Source of the DNA: Candidatus Methylomirabilota bacterium
GTDB lineage: Bacteria; Methylomirabilota; Methylomirabilia; Rokubacteriales; CSP1-6
Assembly (NCBI GenBank): GCA_046726415.1
Contig: JBKPAK010000127.1
Location: forward strand, 1-52,584
Direction: 5' to 3'
DNA: 52,584 bases
Below are positions 18,781-28,536 of this stretch, one piece after another. The position numbers were made by a program, and so were the translations under genes. How positions within the stretch are numbered: position 1 is the stretch's first letter; every line of letters starts with the position of its first letter. The notes under the pieces were generated by a model. It was not told the origin of the DNA. It did no database searches and worked only from the letters and a program-made list of their open reading frames with translations.

Positions 18781-19800
18781 GTGGACGCGCGATCCCGAGA
18801 CGTCCTGATCGCTCTCATCCGCGAATACGTACACACCGCGGAGCCGGTAGGATCCCGGGCACTTGCTCGGCGGTACTTCCCCAACCTCTCCCCCGCCACC
18901 TTGCGCAACGCGATGGCGGACCTCGACGAGATGGGCTACCTGACCCAGCCGCACCCCAGCGCCGGCCGGGTCCCGACCGACAAGGCCTATCGGTTCTACG
19001 TGGAGTCCTTCCCCCCGCCCACCGCCATCCCGGTCCCGGCTGAAGCGCGCCCACCCCGCGCGACGGGCGTGGAAGGATTCATGGAGCGCACCTCGTCCCG
19101 GCTGTCGGTCGCCACCAGATTGACCGCCCTCCTGCTGGCGCCACCACTCAAGCAGACGACGGTGGCCCGGGTGGAAGTGATGCCTCTGGAAGATGACCGC
19201 GCGCTGGCCGTGGTGATCACCGAATCCGGCTGGGTCACCGCCCGTGCCCTCACCGTCGATCCGCCCCGAACCGCCGAGGAGCTGCGAAACATCGGCCGGG
19301 AGCTGTCGCGGCGATTTCGCGGTCGCACGGTGCACGAGATCGTGGAGATGGAAACATCGCCGGCCGATCCGCTCGACGAGCTCCACACTCGCTCGCGGGC
19401 GGTGACCGAACAGGTCGTGGCCATGCTGGACGGACGCACCCTGTACGTGAGCGGCGCCATCAACATGCTCGACCATCCCGAGTTTCTGGATCTCGCGGCC
19501 ACCCGCGATCTCCTGCGCCTGTTCGAGCAAAAGGAGCGCCTGGCCGATCTCATGACGTCGTTCGCGGAGGGCGAGGCGCTTCGCGTCACCATCGGGGAAG
19601 AGAACCCTGTGGTCGAGATGCGCGAGTGCACCATGATCACCTCCACCTACCTGTTTCGCAACCAGGTGCTCGGCATCCTCGGCGTGATCGGTCCCCGGCG
19701 CCTGCCGTATCCGGAAGTCATCTCCATCGTGGAGGAGACGGCTCGCCATGTGACGGACGAGCTGGCCCGGGTGCGCCAGGATCTGTACCTACCGCCGTAG
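18781..19800 (+). CDS. hrcA: Heat-inducible transcription repressor
   Basis: EPVGS; SPATLRNAMADL; PHPSAGRVPTDKAYRFYV; GILGVIGP. Confidence 0.95.
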   Translation: MDARSRDVLIALIREYVHTAEPVGSRALARRYFPNLSPATLRNAMADLDEMGYLTQPHPSAGRVPTDKAYRFYVESFPPPTAIPVPAEARPPRATGVEGFMERTSSRLSVATRLTALLLAPPLKQTTVARVEVMPLEDDRALAVVITESGWVTARALTVDPPRTAEELRNIGRELSRRFRGRTVHEIVEMETSPADPLDELHTRSRAVTEQVVAMLDGRTLYVSGAINMLDHPEFLDLAATRDLLRLFEQKERLADLMTSFAEGEALRVTIGEENPVVEMRECTMITSTYLFRNQVLGILGVIGPRRLPYPEVISIVEETARHVTDELARVRQDLYLPP

Positions 19801-19843
19801 TGCGAGGGGGCCCCGACATGGACCCCCAACCCCCCGACGCTTG
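19797..19843. repeat. Truncated REP-like element
   Basis: GTAG-tgcga-GGGGGCCCCGACATGGACCCCC-aa-CCCCCCGACGCT matches the 5' half of the 13.8 kb element. Confidence 0.7.
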
Positions 19844-19852
19844 CGTCCGCGC

Positions 19853-19861
19853 TGCTATACT
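19853..19861 (+). promoter_or_regulatory. Extended -10 (TG-c-TATACT) for grpE-dnaJ
   Basis: 8 nt upstream of ATG 19870; no SD. Confidence 0.6.
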
Positions 19862-19869
19862 TCACCCAT

Positions 19870-20403
19870 ATGGACGAGATCACGCGTCGGGACGATTCAT
19901 ACACGGCCGATCCCGCGGCCGATACCGCGATGCCCTCCGAGGTCGAAGAGTTGCGCGCGCAGCTCGCCGAGAAGCAGGATCGGCTCTTGCGCGCGCTGGC
20001 CGAAGGCGACAACATCCGCCGGCGCGCCCAGCGCGATCGGGACGACTATGTCCGCTACGCCAATGAATCGCTCATTCGCGATCTCCTTCCCGTCCTCGAC
20101 AATCTCGACCGCGCGCTTGCCGCGGCCCGCGGAGAGGAGGGCGCGAGCGGTCTCCGGGAGGGCGTGGAGCTGATCCAGCGGGAGATGCTCAAGATCTTGG
20201 AACGGGCGGGGGTCACCCGCTACTCCGCGCGGGGCGCCTCTTTCGATCCCACCCGACACGAGGCGGTGGCTCGGGTGGTGAATCCGCAGGTCGCGGCCAA
20301 TACTGTCGTCGAGGAGACGCTTCCCGGTTACATGCTGAACGGCCGCGTGCTCCGGCCGGCCATGGTGAGCGTGTCGGTCGCTCCTGACGAGGACGCCGCG
20401 TAA
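19870..20403 (+). CDS. grpE: Nucleotide exchange factor GrpE
   Basis: [44 protein letters not shown]. Confidence 0.95.
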   Translation: MDEITRRDDSYTADPAADTAMPSEVEELRAQLAEKQDRLLRALAEGDNIRRRAQRDRDDYVRYANESLIRDLLPVLDNLDRALAAARGEEGASGLREGVELIQREMLKILERAGVTRYSARGASFDPTRHEAVARVVNPQVAANTVVEETLPGYMLNGRVLRPAMVSVSVAPDEDAA

Positions 20404-20404
20404 G

Positions 20405-21493
20405 GTGTCCGCCGGCGACTACTACGAGATTCTCGGCGTCTCGCGCGACGCCAGCGAGACGGAGATCAAGAAGTCCTACCGACAGCTGGCCATGCAGTAC
20501 CATCCGGACCGCAACCCCGGGGACAAGAAATCCGAGGAACACTTCAAGGCGGTGAACGAGGCCTATGCGGTGCTGTCCGATCAGGACAAGCGCGCCCACT
20601 ACGATCGGTTCGGCACCGTCGCCGGGCCAGGGGGATTCGAAACCGGCTTCGGCACCCTCTTCGAGGACATCTTTGACAACTTCTTCTCGGGGGGCGAGCG
20701 CGGTCGTCGCACCCGCGGGCGGCGAGGCGAGGATCTCCAGTACGAGATGAAGCTGACCCTGGAGGAGGCGGCCCGCGGTGTGGAAACGAAGGTCCAGGTC
20801 CCGCGCCTCGAGACGTGCGAGCGCTGCAGCGGCAGCGGGTCCGAGCCGGGCACCCAGCCGGCGACGTGCGAGACTTGCCGGGGCCGCGGCGAGGTCCGGT
20901 TGAGCCAGGGGTTCCTGACCGTGGCGCGGCCCTGCCCAAAATGTCATGGCGAGGGCCGGATCAACAAACACCCATGCAAGTCGTGCCGCGGCGAAGGGCG
21001 CCAGCGCACCGAGCGCGTCCTCCAGGTCAAGATCCCCGCCGGCATCGAAGACGGCATGCAGCTGCGCCTCACCGGAGAGGGTTCCGGCGGTCTCGCCAGC
21101 GGCCCTCCTGGAGATCTCTACGTGCTTGTCCGCATCGGGGAGCACGAGCTCTTCGTCCGCGACGGCGCTGACCTCTACTGCGATATTCCCGTGACCTTTC
21201 CGCAGCTTGCGCTGGGTGACGAGGTGGATGTCCCCATCCTCAACGGCACCGAACGGTTGAGCATTCCCGCCGGCACTCAGCCCAACGAGGTCCTGCGCTT
21301 GCGCGGTCAGGGCATGCCGCGCCTGCGCGACCGGCGCCACGGGGACGCCTGTTATCGCCTCATCCTGGAAGTCCCGAACAAGCTCAACGGCAAGCAGCGC
21401 GAGGCCCTCGAGGCGTACGCCGCCGCCACCAAGAGCGACCAAGGTCCACTGTCGCTGTCGTTCATCGAGCGGATGAAGAAACTCCTGGGGTGA
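20405..21493 (+). CDS. dnaJ: Chaperone DnaJ (class A)
   Basis: [11 protein letters not shown] motif; four CxxCxGxG repeats; GDLYV. Confidence 0.97.
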   Translation: MSAGDYYEILGVSRDASETEIKKSYRQLAMQYHPDRNPGDKKSEEHFKAVNEAYAVLSDQDKRAHYDRFGTVAGPGGFETGFGTLFEDIFDNFFSGGERGRRTRGRRGEDLQYEMKLTLEEAARGVETKVQVPRLETCERCSGSGSEPGTQPATCETCRGRGEVRLSQGFLTVARPCPKCHGEGRINKHPCKSCRGEGRQRTERVLQVKIPAGIEDGMQLRLTGEGSGGLASGPPGDLYVLVRIGEHELFVRDGADLYCDIPVTFPQLALGDEVDVPILNGTERLSIPAGTQPNEVLRLRGQGMPRLRDRRHGDACYRLILEVPNKLNGKQREALEAYAAATKSDQGPLSLSFIERMKKLLG

Positions 21494-22371
21494 TGTCCGC
21501 CTCCCAGTTCTGGGAGCTGAGCGTCAGCGCACCTGAGGACATCAGCGAAGGTCTTACCAACTTCGTCTGGGAGCTCGGGGCCCTCGGGGTCTTCGAAGAG
21601 GAGGTGGGCGGCGCCGCTCGGCTGCGGGCTTTCTTTCCCGCCTCGCTGAGCGCCGCCGGGCTCGACACCGAGGTGCGAGACTATCTCGGCGGGCTCCGCG
21701 CGCTGGGTTTCCGCGTCATCGACGATACGCGTATCGCGGCCGTCGCGGACCCCGGCTGGGCGGAGGCGTGGCGAACCCATTTCCAGCCGCTCTGTGTGGG
21801 GAATCGGCTCCTCGTCGTCCCTCCGTGGGAGACGTGGCGCGCCGAGGGACGCCTCGTCATCGTCATCGAGCCCGGCCGCGCCTTCGGCACCGGGCATCAT
21901 GGCAGCACCGCCGGCTGCCTGGAGATGCTGGAGCGGGTGATTGAAGATGAGCGACCTGCGCGCGCGCTCGACCTGGGAACGGGCTCAGGGATCCTCGCCA
22001 TCGCCGCCGCGCGCCTCGGCGTCGCCCGCGTTCGGGCCATCGACCACGATCCCGAGGCGGTGGCGAATGCTCTGGCCAACGTTGCGCGCAATGACGTCGC
22101 CACGTCGGTGATGTGTACCCTGGGAGATGTGGCGGCGCTGGAAGCCGAGCCGACCCCCATCGTCTTCGCGAATATCCTGGCGGCGGCCCACACCCGCCTG
22201 GCGGCGATCTACCAGCGTCTCGTCGCCCCGGGGGGGGTCCTCGTCCTCGGCGGCCTGCTCGAGGGCGAGGTCGGCGGCGCCGCCGAGGTGATGAGTCGGC
22301 GCGGTTTCGACCGGCGCGCCACTTTGGTGCGCGAGGGCTGGGGCGCGCTCGAATTGATCCAGCGCGGTTAG
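21493..22371 (+). CDS. prmA: Ribosomal protein L11 methyltransferase
   Basis: EPGRAFGTGHHGST; LDLGTGSGILAI; ANIL; follows dnaJ. Confidence 0.92.
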   Translation: MSASQFWELSVSAPEDISEGLTNFVWELGALGVFEEEVGGAARLRAFFPASLSAAGLDTEVRDYLGGLRALGFRVIDDTRIAAVADPGWAEAWRTHFQPLCVGNRLLVVPPWETWRAEGRLVIVIEPGRAFGTGHHGSTAGCLEMLERVIEDERPARALDLGTGSGILAIAAARLGVARVRAIDHDPEAVANALANVARNDVATSVMCTLGDVAALEAEPTPIVFANILAAAHTRLAAIYQRLVAPGGVLVLGGLLEGEVGGAAEVMSRRGFDRRATLVREGWGALELIQRG

Positions 22372-22378
22372 CGCTCTC

Positions 22379-23152
22379 GTGCATCGCTTCGCCATTGCTC
22401 CCGAGCAGATCGACGGTGAGCGGGTGACATTCGACCACGACGAGACGCGCCACCTTGCGCGGGTCCTTCGACTCCGGCCCGGGGATCTCGTGTTGGCGAC
22501 CGACGGCCAGGGTCGGGAATACACGGTCCGGATCGAGAGGATCGGGGCCGCAGCCACCGGGACGGTCCTGGAAATCGCCGCGCGCCCGACCGAGTCTCCC
22601 GTTGCCGTGATCCTCGTCCAGGGCGTTCCGAAGGGCGACAGGATGGAGACCATCATCCGCGGCGCCACAGAGCTCGGCGTGGTCCACATCGTCCCCGCTA
22701 TCGCTGCGCGTACCGTGGTAAAGCTCGAGGGCGGTCGCTGGCGAGAGCGCACGGACCGCTGGCAGCGGGTCGCCAGAGAGGCCGCGAAGCAGTCAGGACG
22801 AGCGGTCATCCCGCAGGTCTCGACCCCCACGCGTCTGGGGCCTGCCCTGGAGGCGGTCGGTCCCACCGCGCTGAGGATCTGCCTCTGGGAAGGCGAGCGT
22901 CATCCTCTTCTCAAGGTTCTCAACGACGTGGTCGAAGTCCCCGGGACGGTAGCGTTGGTGGTTGGGCCCGAGGGTGGGCTCGCGTCTGATGAAGTCGAGC
23001 AGGCCCGGCGCCTGGGCTGGATGATCGCGGGCCTCGGCCCGAGGATCCTGCGAACGGAAACCGCCAGTCTCGCCGCCGTCGCGGTCATCCAGGGGAGTTT
23101 TGGCGATCTCGTTGGTGAAGACGGCCGTGTCTCAAAAGAGAGACACGGCTAG
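22379..23152 (+). CDS. rsmE: 16S rRNA m3U1498 methyltransferase
   Basis: HLARVLR; TELGV; EAAKQSGR; VGPEGGL; LGPRILRTETA. Confidence 0.95.
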   Translation: MHRFAIAPEQIDGERVTFDHDETRHLARVLRLRPGDLVLATDGQGREYTVRIERIGAAATGTVLEIAARPTESPVAVILVQGVPKGDRMETIIRGATELGVVHIVPAIAARTVVKLEGGRWRERTDRWQRVAREAAKQSGRAVIPQVSTPTRLGPALEAVGPTALRICLWEGERHPLLKVLNDVVEVPGTVALVVGPEGGLASDEVEQARRLGWMIAGLGPRILRTETASLAAVAVIQGSFGDLVGEDGRVSKERHG

Positions 23153-23241
23153 ATTCTGGGCGTCTCGTCCTGACCACTTCGCTGCCGATCCGACCGCCCC
23201 GCACATCTTTGTTTCCGGTTCGTTACAGTTCGAAGTTGCTT

Positions 23242-23258
23242 CAGGTATGCATATTGCT
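23242..23258 (+). promoter_or_regulatory. Putative sigma54 (-24/-12) promoter for lpxC
   Basis: CAGGTATGCATATTGCT: GG-N10-GC with TTGCT, in an AT-richer intergenic stretch. Confidence 0.55.
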
Positions 23259-23274
23259 GAGTTCCGCCGTCGGC

Positions 23275-24195
23275 ATGAATCAACGGACGATCAGGACCTC
23301 GGTCGTTGCCGAGGGCCTTGGGCTCCATTCCGGCAAGCCAGTTCGCGTGACGATCTCTCCAGCTCCCCCAAACTCCGGGATCGTGTTCCGCGAGCATGAT
23401 CACCCCGAGCGAATCCCGGCCGCTCCAGACAGCGTGAGCAACTCGCACTACGCGACCACGATCGGATGGAATGGCACGCGGATCCAGACGGTCGAGCACC
23501 TCATGGCGGCCACAGCGGGCCTGGGCATCGACAACCTCGAGGTCGAGGTAGAGGGAGGTGAGATTCCCGCCCTCGATGGGAGCGCGCGACCATTCGTCTC
23601 CCTATTGGCCTCGGCCGGACGGGCGTCACAGTCCGCGGCGAGGCGACCCATCGTGATTCCCTATCCCCTTCGCGTTGGCGACGAGCGCCGATGGTTGGAG
23701 ATCGCGCCTTCACCGACCTTGCGCATCACCTACACCTTGCACAACGACCATCCGGCCATTGGCCGGCAGGAGCTGTCGTGCGTGCCGACGGAGAAGTCGT
23801 TCGTGGACGAGTTCGCGCCGGCGCGGACGTATGGCTTCCTGAAGGACGTGGGATTCATGCGCAGGAATGGCTTGGCTCGCGGTGGCTCGCTGGAAAACGC
23901 CATCGTGCTCGGCAAGCGGGGCCCCCTCAATGGCCTGCGCTATCCCGACGAATTCGTCCGCCACAAGATTCTCGATCTCATCGGCGACCTGGGACTACTG
24001 GGCCGCCCGGTGGTCGGGCAGATATCGGCATTCAATGGCGGTCACGCGCTGAACCTCGAGCTGGTGAAGGCCATCCAGCGCGCCCTCGGCCTCGAGCGCC
24101 GCGCGGTAGCCGCGGCGGCCGCGGTGGCCACCCCGGTGGTGTCGGCTCGCATTCCCGAGGGTTTCGGACCCAGCCCCGGACTCGCGACGATCTAG
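23275..24195 (+). CDS. lpxC: UDP-3-O-acyl-N-acetylglucosamine deacetylase
   Basis: QRTI; GLHSG; TVEHLMAA; DGSA; ARTYGF; RHKILDLIGDL; GH. Confidence 0.95.
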   Translation: MNQRTIRTSVVAEGLGLHSGKPVRVTISPAPPNSGIVFREHDHPERIPAAPDSVSNSHYATTIGWNGTRIQTVEHLMAATAGLGIDNLEVEVEGGEIPALDGSARPFVSLLASAGRASQSAARRPIVIPYPLRVGDERRWLEIAPSPTLRITYTLHNDHPAIGRQELSCVPTEKSFVDEFAPARTYGFLKDVGFMRRNGLARGGSLENAIVLGKRGPLNGLRYPDEFVRHKILDLIGDLGLLGRPVVGQISAFNGGHALNLELVKAIQRALGLERRAVAAAAAVATPVVSARIPEGFGPSPGLATI

Positions 24196-24225
24196 ATCCG
24201 GGGGGCGCGTTCGCCCCGCCCCGCC
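24192..24225. repeat. Short TAG-anchored G/C hairpin (REP-like relative or terminator)
   Basis: CTAG-atcc-GGGGGG-cgcgttcg-CCCC-g-CCCC directly after the lpxC stop. Confidence 0.4.
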
Positions 24226-24308
24226 TCGTCGACAGCTCCTCGGCGATTCACCAACCGCCTCCTCGGCGGCTCCCGGCAGGGCGGGGGATATAATGGCGCG
24301 TTCATCGT

Positions 24309-24875
24309 ATGCGCATGACGACCCTCGCCGCCCTGGTCCTCGGGGGGATCCTGGCGCTGGCCAGCAACTCCCCTGTGCGCGCCGAGCTTCGCATCAGCGA
24401 TCTCGACGTGTATCTGAATGACCACGAGGTGACCGTCCACATCGTGCTCCTCGGGGCCATTCCGACCGAGTTCCTCGAGGGCCTTCACAGCGGCATTTCT
24501 GCCCATCTCCGGGTCGTCATCGAGCTGTTCCGCTATAACCGTCTGCGGCCCGACCGGCGGGTGAACCGCGCCATCCTGGAGCGGACGCTCACCTACAACG
24601 TGGTCACCAAGGAATACAAGGTCACCTTGGGACCCAACGAGCACCGTCCTCCCACCACCACCCGCGAGCTGCGCCACGCCGAACGGATCCTGTCTGAGGC
24701 GCGGGGCGTCAAGCTGACGCCAGCCGACACCCTCGATGCGTCGGAGATTTACTACGTGCGCGTCAACGCCGAAACCGCCCTCAACGGCGACACCTCCTGG
24801 GTGGCGCGGATGTCGGGCCTGTCCGAGCGAACCTCTCGCCAGTCGGACTACCGCACCCTGCTTCCCACCCGCTAG
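24309..24875 (+). CDS. DUF4390-family exported protein
   Basis: Signal peptide; L.SGI...YNVVTKEY pattern; conserved position upstream of ntrY-like kinases; TATAAT at 24289. Confidence 0.7.
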   Translation: MRMTTLAALVLGGILALASNSPVRAELRISDLDVYLNDHEVTVHIVLLGAIPTEFLEGLHSGISAHLRVVIELFRYNRLRPDRRVNRAILERTLTYNVVTKEYKVTLGPNEHRPPTTTRELRHAERILSEARGVKLTPADTLDASEIYYVRVNAETALNGDTSWVARMSGLSERTSRQSDYRTLLPTR

Positions 24876-24883
24876 GTCATGCC

Positions 24884-27118
24884 ATGCCACTTCTGAGCGA
24901 GGACCATCGGCGCAAGCGCAACCTCGTGATCATCACGGCCGTGCTGATCGTCCTGGCGGCCGGCAGTGCCGTCAACTACGGCCTCACGGGACCCGATCTT
25001 CCGGTGGCGTCGAATCTCGCCATGATCCTCCTCTTCAACCTCAACGCCGTCGTGCTCCTGCTCCTGGTGGTTCTGCTCTTCCGGAATCTCGTGAAGCTCT
25101 GGTTCGAGCGGCAGCAGAAAGTCGTGGCCTCGAAGTTCAAGGCCAAGCTGGTCCTCGCCTTTCTCTTCCTGTCCCTGGTTCCGACCCTGCTGATCATCCT
25201 CATCGCGTCGACCATCATCAATCGCTCCATCGACGGGTGGTTCAAGCCCCAGGTCGAGCGACCGCTCGACCAGGCGCTGGCCGTGGCCCAGGCCTATTAC
25301 CAGAACCTCGAGTTCACCGCCCTCCGCCACGCCCAGCAGATCGCCCACGTGGTGACCCGCGACAACCTCCTGGACACATCCCAGCGGACGGGGCTCCGCC
25401 TCTACCTCGCCGAGCAGCAGCAGCAGCTCGGTCTCGGCGGGGTGACCGTGCTGATCGCCTCGGGCAAGGAGTTGGCTCACGTCAAGGATCCGGCCCTCGC
25501 CGACTTGCCTCTCCGCAGCGTGGGCGAGACGCAGCTCAAGCGCGGTATGGCCGGCCACGAAGTCACCAGCGTTCGCGAGGTGGACAGCGTTGACCTGGTG
25601 GACGCCGTGACGCCCATCTGGTCTCGACAGGAGGGTACCCGCTCCGTGGACGGGCTCGTGGTGGTGAGCACCCACGTGCCCGAACGCCTGGAGGCGAAGG
25701 TCCGGGGCGTCTCCCAGGCCTTCAAGGAGTACAAGCAGCTGCGGCTCCTGCGCACGCCGATCAAGGTGAACCTCATCCTCTTCTTCATCCTCATCACGCT
25801 CATCGTCGTCTTCTGCTTCACCTGGTTCGGGCTGTACCTGGCCCGCGGCATCACCGGTCCCATCGAGCAGCTGGTCGAGGGCACGCGCGAGGTAGCCGCC
25901 GGGAACCTCAACTACAAGGTGCAGACCCGGGCCGACGACGAAATCGGCGTCCTGGTGGACTCCTTCAACCGCATGACCGACGATCTGAGTCTCTCTAAGC
26001 ACCAGCTTGAGGAGGCGTACCTCGACCTCCAGGACAAGCACACCGAGCTGGAGGAGCGTCGGCGCTACATTGAGACGGTGCTGGAGGCGATCACCACCGG
26101 CGTCGTTTCCTTCGACGCGGTGGGACGGCTCACGACCATCAACGGCGCGGCCGCCCGCATGTTCGACCTGAGCGAGGAGACAAGCGTCGGCCGCCTGCTT
26201 GAGGACGTCTTCCAGGGTTCCGAGGGTCACCAGATCGTTTCCCTGGTGCGACGCGCCCAGCGGACCAAGGTCGGTGCCGCCGCGGCCGAGGTCACCCGCG
26301 AGCGCACGGGAACCCGCCTGTCGCTGCTGGCATCGGTGACCGCCTTGCGCGGGCCGGAAGGCGAGTACGGTGGCGCCGTCGTCGTCTTCGACGATCTCAC
26401 AGAACTGATCCAGGCCCAGCGCCAGGCCGCCTGGCGCGAAGTCGCCCAGCGCCTGGCCCACGAGATCAAGAACCCACTCACGCCCATCCAGCTCTCGGCC
26501 CAGCGACTGCGCCGGCGGCTGGCGCGGCAGACCGGCGACGCGGAGCGGCTGGTCACCGAGTGCACGGAGATCATCATCCAGGAGGTCGACGGGCTGAAGC
26601 GACTCGTCGAGGAATTCTCGCGCTTTGCCCGCATGCCCGCGGTGATCCCGCGCCCCACCGACATCCGTCCGATCATCGAGTCGATCGCCAGCCTCTATCG
26701 CGAGTCGCACCCGACCCTCAATCTCCTCACCCGACACGCCGAGGCCTTGCCCGAGCTGGAGGTCGATCCCGACCATCTCAAGCGCGCCGTGCTGAATCTT
26801 GTCGACAATGCCGTCGACGCCGTGAGCGGCGTGGGCGAGGTCGTCATCGAGACCCAGTTCCTCGAGGAGGGCGGTCGCGCCCGAATCGCCGTGGCCGATG
26901 ACGGCCAAGGCATCAGCGCCGCCGACCAGGAGAAGGTCTTCACCCCGTACTTTTCCACCAAGGTGGCGGGGATGGGGCTCGGTCTGCCCATCGTGCACCA
27001 CATCGTGACCGAACACCGCGGCACGATCCGGGTAGAGCCCAACCTCCCGCGAGGTAGCCGGTTCATCATCGAGGTGCCGGTGGCTCGAGGCGCGGTCCCG
27101 GTGGAGGCGCAGGCGTAG
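24884..27118 (+). CDS. ntrY: NtrY-like sensor histidine kinase (TM, HAMP, PAS, HisKA, HATPase)
   Basis: AWREVAQRLAHEIKNPLTPIQLSA; NLVDNA; DDGQG; FTPYFSTK; GMGLGL. Confidence 0.9.
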   Translation: MPLLSEDHRRKRNLVIITAVLIVLAAGSAVNYGLTGPDLPVASNLAMILLFNLNAVVLLLLVVLLFRNLVKLWFERQQKVVASKFKAKLVLAFLFLSLVPTLLIILIASTIINRSIDGWFKPQVERPLDQALAVAQAYYQNLEFTALRHAQQIAHVVTRDNLLDTSQRTGLRLYLAEQQQQLGLGGVTVLIASGKELAHVKDPALADLPLRSVGETQLKRGMAGHEVTSVREVDSVDLVDAVTPIWSRQEGTRSVDGLVVVSTHVPERLEAKVRGVSQAFKEYKQLRLLRTPIKVNLILFFILITLIVVFCFTWFGLYLARGITGPIEQLVEGTREVAAGNLNYKVQTRADDEIGVLVDSFNRMTDDLSLSKHQLEEAYLDLQDKHTELEERRRYIETVLEAITTGVVSFDAVGRLTTINGAAARMFDLSEETSVGRLLEDVFQGSEGHQIVSLVRRAQRTKVGAAAAEVTRERTGTRLSLLASVTALRGPEGEYGGAVVVFDDLTELIQAQRQAAWREVAQRLAHEIKNPLTPIQLSAQRLRRRLARQTGDAERLVTECTEIIIQEVDGLKRLVEEFSRFARMPAVIPRPTDIRPIIESIASLYRESHPTLNLLTRHAEALPELEVDPDHLKRAVLNLVDNAVDAVSGVGEVVIETQFLEEGGRARIAVADDGQGISAADQEKVFTPYFSTKVAGMGLGLPIVHHIVTEHRGTIRVEPNLPRGSRFIIEVPVARGAVPVEAQA

Positions 27119-27174
27119 GGCGGGCGCATGGCAGGCGAGCGCGTCTGCGTGCCGAGCACGGCTGGCGGTCGCTG

Positions 27175-28536
27175 ATGGCCGGCGAGCACATCCTGATCGT
27201 CGACGACGAACACGCGATCCAGACTTCCCTGCGGGGCGTCCTGGAGGACGAAGGTTACCGGGTCACTGCGGTAGGCACCGGGGTCGATGCCGTGCGCATG
27301 CTCGCCGAGGAGCTTCCCGATCTCATCTTCCTGGACATCTGGATGCCGGGGATCGACGGCCTCGAGGCGCTGGGCGAGATCAAACGCCTGCAGCCGGAGG
27401 CCACCGTCATCATGATCTCGGGTCATGCCACCATCGACACGGCGGTGAAGGCTACCCGGCTCGGCGCCTACGACTTCATCGAGAAGCCGCTCTCCCTCGA
27501 AAAGGTGCTGCTCGCCGTCAGCCATGCGCTGGAGCACGCGCGGCTGGCGCACGAGAACGCGGCCCTGCGCGCGCGGCTTGATCGACGACTCGAGATCACC
27601 GGCGACAGTCCCGTGTTCCGCGCCCTCCGCGAGCAGATCGCGCTGGCCGCCCCCACGATGGGACGCGTGCTCATCCACGGCGAGAACGGCAGCGGCAAGG
27701 AGCTGGTGGCCCGCGCCATCCATGCCCTCTCCGCTCGAGCCGACCAGTCGTTCGTGGAGGTGAACTGCGCCGCCATCCCCGAGGAGCTGATCGAGTCCGA
27801 GCTATTCGGGCACGAGCGGGGTGCCTTCACGGGCGCGCTGGCCCGCCGTCGCGGGCGCTTCGAGCTGGCCGACGGCGGAACGCTGTTCCTCGACGAGGTG
27901 GGCGACATGAGCCTGAAGACCCAAGCCAAGGTTCTGCGCGCTCTGGAGGAGCAGTCGTTCGAACGCATCGGGGGCAAGGACACCGTCAAGGTCGATGTGC
28001 GGGTCATCGCCGCATCGAATCGCGATCTCTCCGCGCTCATCGCGGAGGGCCGATTCCGGGAAGATCTCTACTATCGGCTCAACGTGATTCCCATCGAGGT
28101 CCCGCCGCTCCGCAGCCGGCGGGAGGATATCCCGCTGCTGATCGATCACTTCCTCGAGCTGTTCTGCGCGGAGAACGGCAAGCGGCTCAAGCGGGTCTCC
28201 GTGGAGGCGCTGGCCTACTTCGTCGGGTACGACTGGCCGGGCAACGTGCGCGAGCTTCGCAACATGGTGGAGCGTCTGGTCATCATGGCTCCCGGCGCGG
28301 TCATTGCGCCCGACGACCTCCCGGCACCGCTCCGCCCCCGATCGGATGCGCCCCTTGCCCCCGACGGGCGCGAGAAAACACTCAAGGAGGCCCGCGACAA
28401 TTTCGAGCGCGCCTACATCCTGGCCGAGCTGCGGGCCCACGACTGGAACATGACCCGCACGGCCGAGCGGTTGGGCATCGAGCGCAGCCACCTCTACCGG
28501 AAAGTCAAAGCCCACAAGATCGCACCGCCGAAGTGA
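27175..28536 (+). CDS. ntrX: NtrX-like sigma54-dependent response regulator
   Basis: Receiver LDIWMP; GENGSGKE; intact GAFTGA; LFLDE; WPGNVRELRN; Fis-type HTH. Confidence 0.92.
   Translation: MAGEHILIVDDEHAIQTSLRGVLEDEGYRVTAVGTGVDAVRMLAEELPDLIFLDIWMPGIDGLEALGEIKRLQPEATVIMISGHATIDTAVKATRLGAYDFIEKPLSLEKVLLAVSHALEHARLAHENAALRARLDRRLEITGDSPVFRALREQIALAAPTMGRVLIHGENGSGKELVARAIHALSARADQSFVEVNCAAIPEELIESELFGHERGAFTGALARRRGRFELADGGTLFLDEVGDMSLKTQAKVLRALEEQSFERIGGKDTVKVDVRVIAASNRDLSALIAEGRFREDLYYRLNVIPIEVPPLRSRREDIPLLIDHFLELFCAENGKRLKRVSVEALAYFVGYDWPGNVRELRNMVERLVIMAPGAVIAPDDLPAPLRPRSDAPLAPDGREKTLKEARDNFERAYILAELRAHDWNMTRTAERLGIERSHLYRKVKAHKIAPPK

Noticed and set aside
24872-27016. 714-aa minus-strand ORF
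   Set aside because: Antisense to ntrY.
27115-27170. GTAG followed by a hairpin after ntrY as another REP copy
   Set aside because: Lacks the G-run/C-run architecture; pairing relies on wobbles.
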